33,390 nucleotides of DNA from Albugo candida. Lineage: Eukaryota. The notes beneath the pieces were generated by a model that worked only from the letters and a program-made list of their open reading frames with translations, searched no databases and was not told the origin of the DNA. How positions within the stretch are numbered: position 1 is the first letter of the stretch; the number at the start of each line of letters is the position of its first letter. Positions 23,358 through 33,390 of the stretch are shown here, piece by piece. The stretch lies in contig JBDOQK010000095.1 of assembly GCA_040437565.1 (NCBI GenBank), forward strand, positions 1 to 33,390, written 5' to 3'. Both the position numbers and the translations under genes were made by a program.

Positions 23358-25950
23358 ATGCCGTCTCCTCGTATCCTTAATTTAACCATAATGAATCCGG
23401 ATAATTCGGTCAAGTATTTGGTAATTTTGTTCGGCCAGACACCAACTCATTCGATTTCATTCCAACTCTCGACAAACATTTTTACGATGAGTTTGGTGTA
23501 TGGTTTCGACGTGCAGAAACTGTTGGTAGTCGACTCCTGGTTGCGCAGACGATGATTTTGTCACGTCTGTGGCATTGAACTATGCACGTGGACATACCGG
23601 CGGAGAATATTTGACAGTGGCAGTCGATGCTAAATGGATTTGTGTTTAGTCGTGAACACAAGAAAAATTTCAAGACTGTTCATGGGAACATCAAAACGGT
23701 TTAATGTCTTCGTCTATATGCCGTATTGCAGATTTTTTTCTTGGTGTTACGACTGAAGCTACAACGTATTCATTCCCTGCAGGATTTCGCATCCAATTCG
23801 TCATCAATTCGTCTGCGAATTGGACAACTGTTTTGACGAAACTATTGCGACTATCTCAACCTCATTTGGACCATATAGGCCGATGGACATATTCCCCATC
23901 GCACCACATCGACATGGGAAAATGATTCAATGGAAAAGTACATCCTCTTCGGGAAGACGCATTTAGATTGTGGCATCACATGAATTGAGGCATTATAGTT
24001 TTAGATGTGAATGCTCTCCAACTCCGTCAGTACTAATTGAAACAACCTATGTGTCCACTGTGATTCCACTGCGACCAAGAGCTACATTATGAAGCTACCA
24101 GTCGGATTTACGAGTTTGCAAAATGTTTGGTACAATCTTAGCAAAGTGGACGAACCACATCGCACATTTCGGAAATCGTTTGCTACAGTTTTCGGGAGCC
24201 GAAATCTTCATGACGTTTATTGAGATTTCGACACATCGCGGAGGATTGAAGCATTCGTCGATCAATACAACATCGCACAAAAGAAAAATTTACTGCGCGA
24301 CTTTACAATGTGGTCACACAGATACTGGATCGTATCCACTCGATGATTGATCTCGTCACTTGGATCCAACCAAACACAAATGACAGATCGTTTTATGTGG
24401 GAGTACAAAGAAAAGATAAGAAGCATTTCTTCCATCTATTCCACAATCTCAGCTCTCTCGAATAGAATCGTCTGGAAACCTCTCGAAGCAACCAAGATTC
24501 AGCTAATGTTTTCCGATGGACACAACGGGTACAGAATGTGTTCGAGCATTAATGACTACATCAAGGCATCTGATAGAGCTTTTCATTCAAGTGTTTGGAG
24601 AGCTACAGTTTTTTCTGGTTTTTGGTGTTGCCACTTCGATCTCGTTTCTGCTTTCTAAGAGATCTCAGCCCTATATTATATCGAGCAACAAGCCTTCGTA
24701 TGGGGCAGTAATTTCCGATCAACATCTCTATCTATGGTGCAGTCACATGGCACAAATATGACTGGTTCTACTCCTATGAGTATTCTTCCTCTCATCCACA
24801 TTAAACGCATATTGCATGTGCAATGGTAACAGCGTTACGGTCGGCATGGAAGGATTACCAACAAATCATGTCCAATTCATGGCTTGCATTGTAGGCAATT
24901 ACGTTGCACTTCGTCTGGAGCGATCGGAATCGTCGTTTGTTCGATCAACGGTCAGCAAATCCAAAAATATCAGCACTTTTCGCGATATACACCACGTTTA
25001 GTGCGCACAATTGCTACTTTCGACGACAGGCACGATCAAGAAGAGCACGTTCAGCTTTCGAAAATACTTGATCAACCCGCGGCGCATGGATCCTTTGATG
25101 GATTTTTTGAAAGTCCAAGATCATTGCTGTGGGTCCGCCACAAGCATGTAGAACTGCAAGTGCAACTTCGAACTTATTCCTGCCCTTTATAACCTAACGT
25201 GGCAAACAATACTCTGGAAAATGGTACTTTNNNNNNNNNNNNNNNNNNNNNNNNNNNNNNNNNNNNNNNNNNNNNNNNNNNNNNNNNNNNNNNNNNNNNN
25301 NNNNNNNNNNNNNNNNNNNNNNNNNNNNNNTTAGCTTATACTTAGTATCAGAGCATTACTACCAATCATTAGAGTTTTGGTATCACGAATTGGCCAATAG
25401 TATCTCGTATTCTGTCACTGGATCGCAGACACAAAAGGAAAGCTCATGGAAAGACATCTAAACTTGTAGCGTTTCAGCTAAATCATACGACAATGAGGAC
25501 AGCACATCGAGCATTGATACATTTGGCCTGAAAATTGTTTCGATACGCTGATAGAATTTTCTCTAAAAGCGGAAATGACAGAGAAGCACGCAACGATGCC
25601 TTTGATTCGAGCACTTGTGTGGCTTTACTAGTGAGCTGCGCTTGCACAATAATCTTGCGCTACGTTGGACGTCAACTTTGTGGAAGCACACACCGATATC
25701 GAGTCGATATAATTGATCCCTTTCTATATCGTACATTTTCCAATACGACTTTTATGCGACGTGAATCGATTTCTGTTCGCAATAGAGAGTGTGGAAAGTC
25801 TTGAAGTAGCAATCGACTCTTGTGGATCTCTTCCCGTTATCCTCGAGGAGAAGAGATCGAGGTATTTCATCGCACTTAACCTCCAGCAGGAAGGTCACTC
25901 ACAAGCCATTGACCCCTTCGCGATTGTCTGAGACGAACGCATACGTGAAT
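23358..25950 (+). pseudogene. ORC3: Decayed ORC3-like relic, copy C (interrupted by gap 25231..25330)
   Basis: ELQFFLVFGVATS at 24600..24638 matches the ORC3 signature (PLILIFGIATS). C-terminal LEEKRSRYFIALNLQQEG (25842..25895) resembles EIIHARFIRAVSELELLG. Many stops and frameshifts; ends approximate. Confidence 0.55.
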
Positions 25951-26049
25951 CGGCGCCACGGGGGCGGTACACGCCTTACGATTTATAGTAACAAGTTTTC
26001 CGGGACCAGTCAAGTCACTTTCGATCCCTTTTAGGCATTTCCGGCAGGG

Positions 26050-29000
26050 AGATCCTCGTGAATGATTATATGAGCGCTTAGATGGAAGAATACTCCACCC
26101 GATAAAGCAATTCACACTCAATCCCAATCTTGAACAATTTGATTGCCGATTCACAAAAGCTTTCCGCGTTCTTTAATTATCTGAAATTCATCGTTGAGAG
26201 TCCCATAAGATGGAGGCGAAAATGTCGCATTGACGATCAAGTCGGAATCTATACTTTGGATGCACGAGCACGCGAATAATTTGTATCGCGTACGAGACAT
26301 TCGAATTGATATTTAGAGGCTTATTCGGCACTGTCTGTAAGTTTGGATGGCCAACTATTTTGGTGGGAGTTCAATCATCGCAACGGACATGCAATTCTTC
26401 ACTATGGGATTCCTTTGTGTTACTGGCAAGTCTTACATTACCAAAAAGTATTGAGAAAGAAGAAGCTCTACCCGAAGATGAGAAGCTGGCAAAAGCAGAA
26501 TTTGAAGGTTGGAAGAAGGTCAGAGTCTTATCTTCGGATCGATTCGGTTATGATTCGATATAAAGCGGAAGAGTGTATCATTATGCACGATATTCGGTCG
26601 CCTGTTTCCTAACTCCAGTCAATTTGTACATATCGTGTGTTCGCGACTTGAAAGTGTTTCAGGAGAATTTTTTTGATCATGTTTGGTTCATCAATTGCGG
26701 GAATTGGCTTTGGCTGAGCGCTTCATCGCGTAGTCCGTCGACTTATGGGACGAAATGGATGTTGAAGGAAAGCATATCCGAAAATACGTTGCACCGTTAA
26801 CGAAAATGCAAAGAAAGTCCTGTCACTATCTATTGACTTGCCATATATTTGATGGAGAAATATTATCCTCTTCCGATCGTGGATCATAAGGTAGCAAAAC
26901 GGCGATGTATGGCTGGAATGAAGGTCTCTTATGCTGCTTAAAACTATGGCGAGCAATCGCATGAAACCAACGCCTTACCCCATCCGCGAAAAAGCATCCA
27001 TAAATTGGCACTGTCAAGTACAGAATCTTCAGGTGGAATTCCTTCCTCACCGTTTTGTGGATGTTTTGGCGACACTGAGTGCAAAATGGAGTCAATTTTA
27101 TACTTTACAACAACTGACTACTATTTTCGGTATAAATTCAGCTCTTTGCAATGAAATAATGATTCACCAGGCAGTCCCATCCTCAACGTATCCTGCAGTA
27201 AGAATTGGAGATCCGAATCAACCATTTTTTTTTTCGGGCTCTTTGCACCCGCAATTTGTATCCATTATATCAAGCCCACCGAGCTTATAACCATTAGCCA
27301 TTCCAATTGCGGTGATTACACGCGGCTGCTGAAGGAAGTCCATCGATTTAGAACCGTATCGTACAATCTATGCCCTTTCTTCCTGTCACCGTGCATTTGG
27401 CGCAAGAAACGTATCCTTGTGGATAAAATTGTTCTTATCGAGAGACGTATCGTTGGCATAAAACAAGCGCCAACATCGAAACACGACGATGATGAGAGCG
27501 ATGATCACGATAGCAAATGAGGAGACACGTGAAGGGCATTTTTATCGCGTCGCTTGTTTCGATTCCGCAGAGGGTGGCGCTTCTACTTTGACATGAGACG
27601 TGATGTCTTACATGATTGACTGATGCAGCAACGACTGGTCTTACAAGCAATCGACTCGAATAATTGGCTCAGATCGGTTGCTACGCGCGCGTAAAAATAC
27701 TCGATTACGGGTAGGAAAGTAGCTATGGAAGACCACATTCTCCAGGCTGTGCATAATCACTCTCAGCGAAGCAGAGATTGTTAGCTTACGAACCATTCAC
27801 TTCGCGACTGAGGCCTCGCTATAATATATCTGCAATCCAATTTGTCCAACCGATCTCACTCCCGCAGACATCCGCGAATACTTCTCCATATTACTGAGAT
27901 AGAAATCTACAGAGCGGAAAAATGGCTAGCGCGGTATCATCAAAGCTTACGTAGAGCCCCTCCACATACACGTGCTCCAAGACATGAACGAATTCATGGT
28001 CATCCTTCACAACACGATCTTTTATCTAAAAGTTACTTGCAGCAACCATGCGAACAAGACACTTCCTCGTACCAATCAATGCCCTTTTACAACATTTCCG
28101 ATGTGTCTCGCACCGTATATGCAATGTAGCGAAGCGAGAAGATATAGCTTGATCAGATCCAGAAACAACTTTCGAGCGCCTCCATTGGAAGGGCTGCCCG
28201 TATCAGTTTATTGCAACCATGTTGTACCAACTGAGCTTTATTTATCAAACTTTTGGCGATAGAAGCGGCGAGTTGGAGACTATTTCGCTACCTCTGGTTG
28301 CAAAACTGCTATTTCTCTTTCGTTTACATGTCGAAAATCAAACACAGCGTACAGACTCCTTCAATCACGTGGGTCCAAACCATTTCGTATTTGGCGATTA
28401 GATTTATGGTTGCGATTACATGTACCCTGTGACAGTGTGAGCGTATAGCATCGAAACTGGATTTAAACAACAGGATGCTGAGCAAAGTCCTTTGGGACGA
28501 TCAGCGAGCGATGCGGCTGTTAGAATATCGCCAGTCACCGTAAAAGTTTGCCCGTGCTACACTTCTTGGGATGTGCAGGCCGGCCGGCTGATTCGCCTCT
28601 GTCACTTGCATCTTATCAGCGATTGGGATGGTGGCGTGGTGAAGAGTCTCCTCATTGAGGTCTTACATGATCGTAAAGAAAGCAGGCATTAGCATTCGCT
28701 TGCCAAACTCTACTGTGCCGGGGGAGGNNNNNNNNNNNNNNNNNNNNNNNNNNNNNNNNNNNNNNNNNNNNNNNNNNNNNNNNNNNNNNNNNNNNNNNNN
28801 NNNNNNNNNNNNNNNNNNNNNNNNNNNTCCAGGCTGTGCATAATCACTCTCAGCGAAGCAGAGATTGTTAGCTTACGAACCATTCACTTCGCGACTGAGG
28901 CCTCGCTATAATATATCTGCAATCCAATTTGTCCAACCGATCTCACTCCCGCAGACATCCGCGAATACTTCTCCATATTACTGAGATAGAAATCTACAGA

Positions 29001-29900
29001 GCGGAAAAATGGCTAGCGCGGTATCATCAAAGCTTACGTAGAGCCCCTCCACATACACGTGCTCCAAGACATGAACGAATTCATGGTCATCCTTCACAAC
29101 ACGATCTTTTATCTAAAAGTTACTTGCAGCAACCATGCGAACAAGACACTTCCTCGTACCAATCAATGCCCTTTTACAACATTTCCGATGTGTCTCGCAC
29201 CGTATATGCAATGTAGCGAAGCGAGAAGATATAGCTTGATCAGATCCAGAAACAACTTTCGAGCGCCTCCATTGGAAGGGCTGCCCGTATCAGTTTATTG
29301 CAACCATGTTGTACCAACTGAGCTTTATTTATCAAACTTTTGGCGATAGAAGCGGCGAGTTGGAGACTATTTCGCTACCTCTGGTTGCAAAACTGCTATT
29401 TCTCTTTCGTTTACATGTCGAAAATCAAACACAGCGTACAGACTCCTTCAATCACGTGGGTCCAAACCATTTCGTATTTGGCGATTAGATTTATGGTTGC
29501 GATTACATGTACCCTGTGACAGTGTGAGCGTATAGCATCGAAACTGGATTTAAACAACAGGATGCTGAGCAAAGTCCTTTGGGACGATCAGCGAGCGATG
29601 CGGCTGTTAGAATATCGCCAGTCACCGTAAAAGTTTGCCCGTGCTACACTTCTTGGGATGTGCAGGCCGGCCGGCTGATTCGCCTCTGTCACTTGCATCT
29701 TATCAGCGATTGGGATGGTGGCGTGGTGAAGAGTCTCCTCATTGAGGTCTTACATGATCGTAAAGAAAGCAGGCATTAGCATTCGCTTGCCAAACTCTAC
29801 TGTGCCGGGGGAGGGCGGGGTATATCACAAGTAGCTTTTCCAATGCGGAGAATAACATCTTGGGAATCAATCGTTTAATGAAAAGTGTGTAGTAATCTCA
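26050..29900 (-). pseudogene. VPS13: Decayed 3' fragment of a VPS13-family gene, copy C (987 bp duplicated across the 28728 gap)
   Basis: Motifs in the expected order: VYVEGLYVSFDD (~27940-27975), QIYY...LTISASLRV (~27755-27835), ANYSSRLLVRP...IETSDAIKMPF (~27531-27670; cf. GNGVADFFRLPY), LFRGWGKALVS (~26962-26995; cf. FFKGVGKGLVG). Confidence 0.5.
27741..29814. repeat. 987-bp direct duplication across gap (27741..28727 = 28828..29814)
   Basis: Offset 1087, giving identical ORFs in the track; probable assembly artefact. Confidence 0.9.
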
Positions 29901-29988
29901 CATGATAACTGGTCGCTACGTTTCTCCCGTGAAGATTTTCCATACACGGAAGACATCGCGATGAAAGAAAAGAACCATGTCAAAGTTA

Positions 29989-31080
29989 TTACTTCTTAAG
30001 ATTGACAACGCGGTACGTAGCATCATCGCCCGTGTTATCTATGATAATGGAGTTGGCGTGTAGAATTGCAGTACCCAGTACCCATGTTTCATCATCTGAT
30101 GCTCCAATATATACAGTACAGTGTCCATTTTCTTTTTGCTTGATGTAATGTTCGGCGCTGAGGTTGATGATTCCACCATTGTCAAAAGTTAGTTGAATAA
30201 CCAACGAAGTTTCATCTTGGTGCAACTTGTTTGCGGGGAAAGATAGATCGGTACAAGATACTTGAAATCGATCAGGGTGACATTCACTTCCACATCTCCA
30301 AAATTTATTCTTCAACAGCTTTTCCTCCACTCTTTTGTGATATGATTTTGGAATTTTAATATCCGCTTCATCAAAATTCATGCGTATTTTTTGGTTGATC
30401 ATTGCTTCGCCGAAGGAGAGCACTTTCGCCACAAGGTGACCCTCATGCAGAGGCGCCAAATTATCTTGTGGGATTCCATGACGTCCGAGAACAATGTTTA
30501 CTTTATTGTCTCTCCAAGTGAACATATACATCCCCTTATCTTCTGTAGCGTAAGCTTGAAGACTCAAACATAATCGGTTATTGGTAGTAAGTATCCGATT
30601 ACGTTGAATCCACATTTTTAGAAGATCTCCAGAAATTGTCCAGCCGGTCGTGTATAATATTCCACCGATCAACCTCGTCTGAATTGATACCGGTTTCCGC
30701 ATATCGCTACCATCCAAGGAATCCTGACGTAAAAGAGATTCGTACAAAAGCTCTCCGGGTTCGTTTTGCACGCTCGGATTTTTTGTACGTCCAGTTGGAA
30801 GCACGGACTTGGCTAACAATTTACCACCATTCTTTACACCTTGCCAAATATTTTTTAGGAGTTCCATATCCTCGAGTTCAACGTGAAGCGAAGAATCCAG
30901 TCGCACAATGTATTCAATATTCGAATTGATTTCCTTAGTCTGAATTCCTTGTTTCGAGATTACCACATCTGGCGGCCATATTTGGATATAATAGTTTTCT
31001 GGAGCGGTGACAAGCTGGTCGAGCGCAAGAACGGCTCCGGGCCCAAGAATAGTGTACGCTATCGGAGAGAACGCTTTCAT
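29989..31080 (-). CDS. Paralogous pepsin-fold pseudo-protease, probably secreted; 363 aa, intronless
   Basis: Long intact ORF starting MKAFSPIAYTILGPGAVLA (signal-peptide-like). Shares YTTGW, KxWIQ, IRxNxD..I.IPKSY, KNxFW, LSAxHYI and SDDETWVLGTAI with the 17707 gene. Confidence 0.85.
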   Translation of the reverse strand: MKAFSPIAYTILGPGAVLALDQLVTAPENYYIQIWPPDVVISKQGIQTKEINSNIEYIVRLDSSLHVELEDMELLKNIWQGVKNGGKLLAKSVLPTGRTKNPSVQNEPGELLYESLLRQDSLDGSDMRKPVSIQTRLIGGILYTTGWTISGDLLKMWIQRNRILTTNNRLCLSLQAYATEDKGMYMFTWRDNKVNIVLGRHGIPQDNLAPLHEGHLVAKVLSFGEAMINQKIRMNFDEADIKIPKSYHKRVEEKLLKNKFWRCGSECHPDRFQVSCTDLSFPANKLHQDETSLVIQLTFDNGGIINLSAEHYIKQKENGHCTVYIGASDDETWVLGTAILHANSIIIDNTGDDATYRVVNLKK

Positions 31081-31119
31081 TCCTTGTCTTGTAATCGAAA
31101 TTTGAATTATGAAAGTTTC

Positions 31120-31273
31120 CTCACCAATCAATTGAGCTATTGATGTATACTGCAGCCATCAATAATGTTTGCCTCGGGTTGCCAAGAATTCGTACTTTGT
31201 GAATATAGAAGAGCATTTCGTATCAAAAAGATACATCGAAGGTGCACTAAGAGATGCGTTGCCGCAGCAAGTT
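31120..31273 (-). promoter_or_regulatory. Conserved upstream element (29989..31080 gene); most of it repeated at 31989..32116
   Basis: Contains ctcaccaatcaattgagctattgatgtatactgcagcc and aaggtgcactaagagatgcgttgccgcagcaag. Confidence 0.65.
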
Positions 31274-32667
31274 TCACAAAGTGCGAACTTTGTGCATATT
31301 GTTGAAATGGCACCGTTCTTAACATTGACCTAACAATTACAGTACTACGCCTGCAGTATATGAATTGCATCGTTATCTGTAATTAGCAACTTTTGTTCCA
31401 CACACTAAGTTCATCTTAGTGTATTTATTGCACAACATCAGGCCCTATGTCAGGATACCTTGGTCAGAGTAGAACAGAATTCAAGAGAAGGTGTCGGACA
31501 GGGATGCGTCGGTACTAGTAAGCAAGACAAATTGACTTGAATGTCTTGCGATATAATCAATATCGTCATCAGATTATACTTTTCTGTTCTCCTTTATAGT
31601 CAAAATTGTCTGAATTTTGATCTGCCTTTGCAAGGATATCGGCGTAGAAAACACTGTAATGAGGATACTCCCAGTCTTCTTTTTTCAAATTTGACATGAC
31701 CTGATGAATGATAGTTCTCATCTGGCATGCACGCAAAATCCTCTCCAGCAGTACTTCCATGGCTTGCACTATTTTGTATGATGATAACTGAAAAATTGAC
31801 GTTTGGCACGTGTTCTTCCATTAANNNNNNNNNNNNNNNNNNNNNNNNNNNNNNNNNNNNNNNNNNNNNNNNNNNNNNNNNNNNNNNNNNNNNNNNNNNN
31901 NNNNNNNNNNNNNNNNNNNNNNNNTAGCCTAGGCAACTAGAGAAGTCAGTTAGTCTAATTCTAGTAATATAGACACCTTCAACTGAGATATACTGCAGCC
32001 ACCAATAATGTCTGCCTCGGGTTGCCAAGAATTCGTACTTTGTGAATATAGAAGAGCATTTCGTATCAAAAAGATACATCGAAGGTGCACTAAGAGATGC
32101 GTTGCCGCAGCAAGTTTCACAAAGTGCGAACTTTGTGCATATTGTTGAAATGGCACCGTTCTTAACATTGACCTAACAATTACAGTACTACGCCTGCAGT
32201 ATATGAATTGCATCGTTATCTGTAATTAGCAACTTTTGTTCCACACACTAAGTTCATCTTAGTGTATTTATTGCACAACATCAGGCCCTATGTCAGGATA
32301 CCTTGGTCAGAGTAGAACAGAATTCAAGAGAAGGTGTCGGACAGGGATGCGTCGGTACTAGTAAGCAAGACAAATTGACTTGAATGTCTTGCGATATAAT
32401 CAATATCGTCATCAGATTATACTTTTCTGTTCTCCTTTATAGTCAAAATTGTCTGAATTTTGATCTGCCTTTGCAAGGATATCGGCGTAGAAAACACTGT
32501 AATGAGGATACTCCCAGTCTTCTTTTTTCAAATTTGACATGACCTGATGAATGATAGTTCTCATCTGGCATGCACGCAAAATCCTCTCCAGCAGTACTTC
32601 CATGGCTTGCACTATTTTGTATGATGATAACTGAAAAATTGACGTTTGGCACGTGTTCTTCCATTAA
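31146..32667. repeat. 679-bp direct duplication across gap (31146..31824 = 31989..32667) with different left flanks
   Basis: Offset 843. Two substitutions near the left end; sequence left of tatactgcag differs between the copies. Confidence 0.9.
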
Positions 32668-33390
32668 GTTTTTCTGATAAGTGCTGCGCATACATTCATG
32701 TCCTCGTGTGCCAGGAGTTCATTCTCATATTTAGATGCTAAAGGCTAATGATGGAGCACCTTCCCAAGATCTTTCACGTTGTGGTTCCAAAAAAGGGTTG
32801 ATAACCATTAGAAAAAATTACACCGTGCTCAAGTAGGAGCTGCTCGGTATGCTGGCGCTACCTCTTTCGAAATCCACATGAGGAACGCAAAGGCGCGAAG
32901 CTCCTAGTACGTTTTCTTTACAATAACATTATTCCTATAATGATGTTCGTTTATATGTTTGCGTACGCTATGTAGGATTCCTAATTTGAACTTTTCGACT
33001 TCCCTTGTTGCTCCGTCGACAAGGAAAAGAAGTCAGCATTATTTGGAGTCCCAAGGTAAATCGCGACTGCTGCTGATGAACATAAATGTAGCATGTAGCT
33101 CTTCATCTACAATGAGAAGCTCCTATTTACACACGACTTGGATTTAGCTAATCTGGTGAAAAATTCCTATTTAGTGAGGCTACTCATTCGGACTTTATTG
33201 AGATAACAACAACGTGAAAGATCTTGGGAAGGTGCTCCATCATTAGCCTTTAGCATCTAAATATGAGGATGAACTCCTGGCACCACGAGGACATGAATGT
33301 ATGCGCAGCACTTATCAGAAAAAGTTAATGGAAGAACACGTGCCAAACGTCAATTTTTCAGTTATCATCATACAAAATAGTGCAAGCCAT
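32601..33390. repeat. Young inverted repeat: 32601..32782 vs 33209..33390 (right arm reaches the window end), 426-bp spacer
   Basis: Direct comparison shows only about three differences (gagaat/gaggat, a 1-nt indel, aaaaac/aaaaag). Confidence 0.95.

Noticed and set aside
23300-27400. Degenerate retrotransposon or DNA transposon
   Set aside because: No RT, integrase, DDE, LTR or TIR signatures seen; ORC3 and VPS13 motifs explain the region better.
5316-29814. Tandem segmental duplications at 5.3-6.7, 8.3-10.6, 15.2-15.5 and 27.7-29.8 kb
   Set aside because: Each is an identical or near-identical overlap abutting an exactly 100-N gap, typical of unmerged contig ends.

Overview
Gene-poor, AT-rich eukaryotic scaffold with nine 100-N gaps. 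It resembles an intron-poor oomycete such as Albugo, which is inference only. Only two intact genes are supportable: 17707..18807 (+) and 29989..31080 (-). They are paralogues of a probably secreted pepsin-fold (A1 aspartic-protease-like) family with no DTG/DSG catalytic motif. Two frameshifted copies of the same family lie at ~388..1237 (+) and 15723..16867 (-). By-eye translation across stops and frameshifts suggests that most of the apparent intergenic DNA is a fossil array of one ancestral segment: [protease-like gene ->][unknown relic][<- VPS54][ORC3 ->][<- VPS13 3' part]. This segment is present as copy A (~388..10620), an inverted partial copy B (~11950..16870) and copy C (~17700..29900). 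The housekeeping passengers are dead in every copy; only the protease-like gene kept open frames. Superimposed are young near-identical tracts (probable gene conversion), several inverted-repeat centres, a conserved ~165 bp upstream element, and gap-flanking direct duplications that are most likely assembly artefacts. All family assignments come from remembered motifs, not database searches, and all identity values are by-eye estimates.
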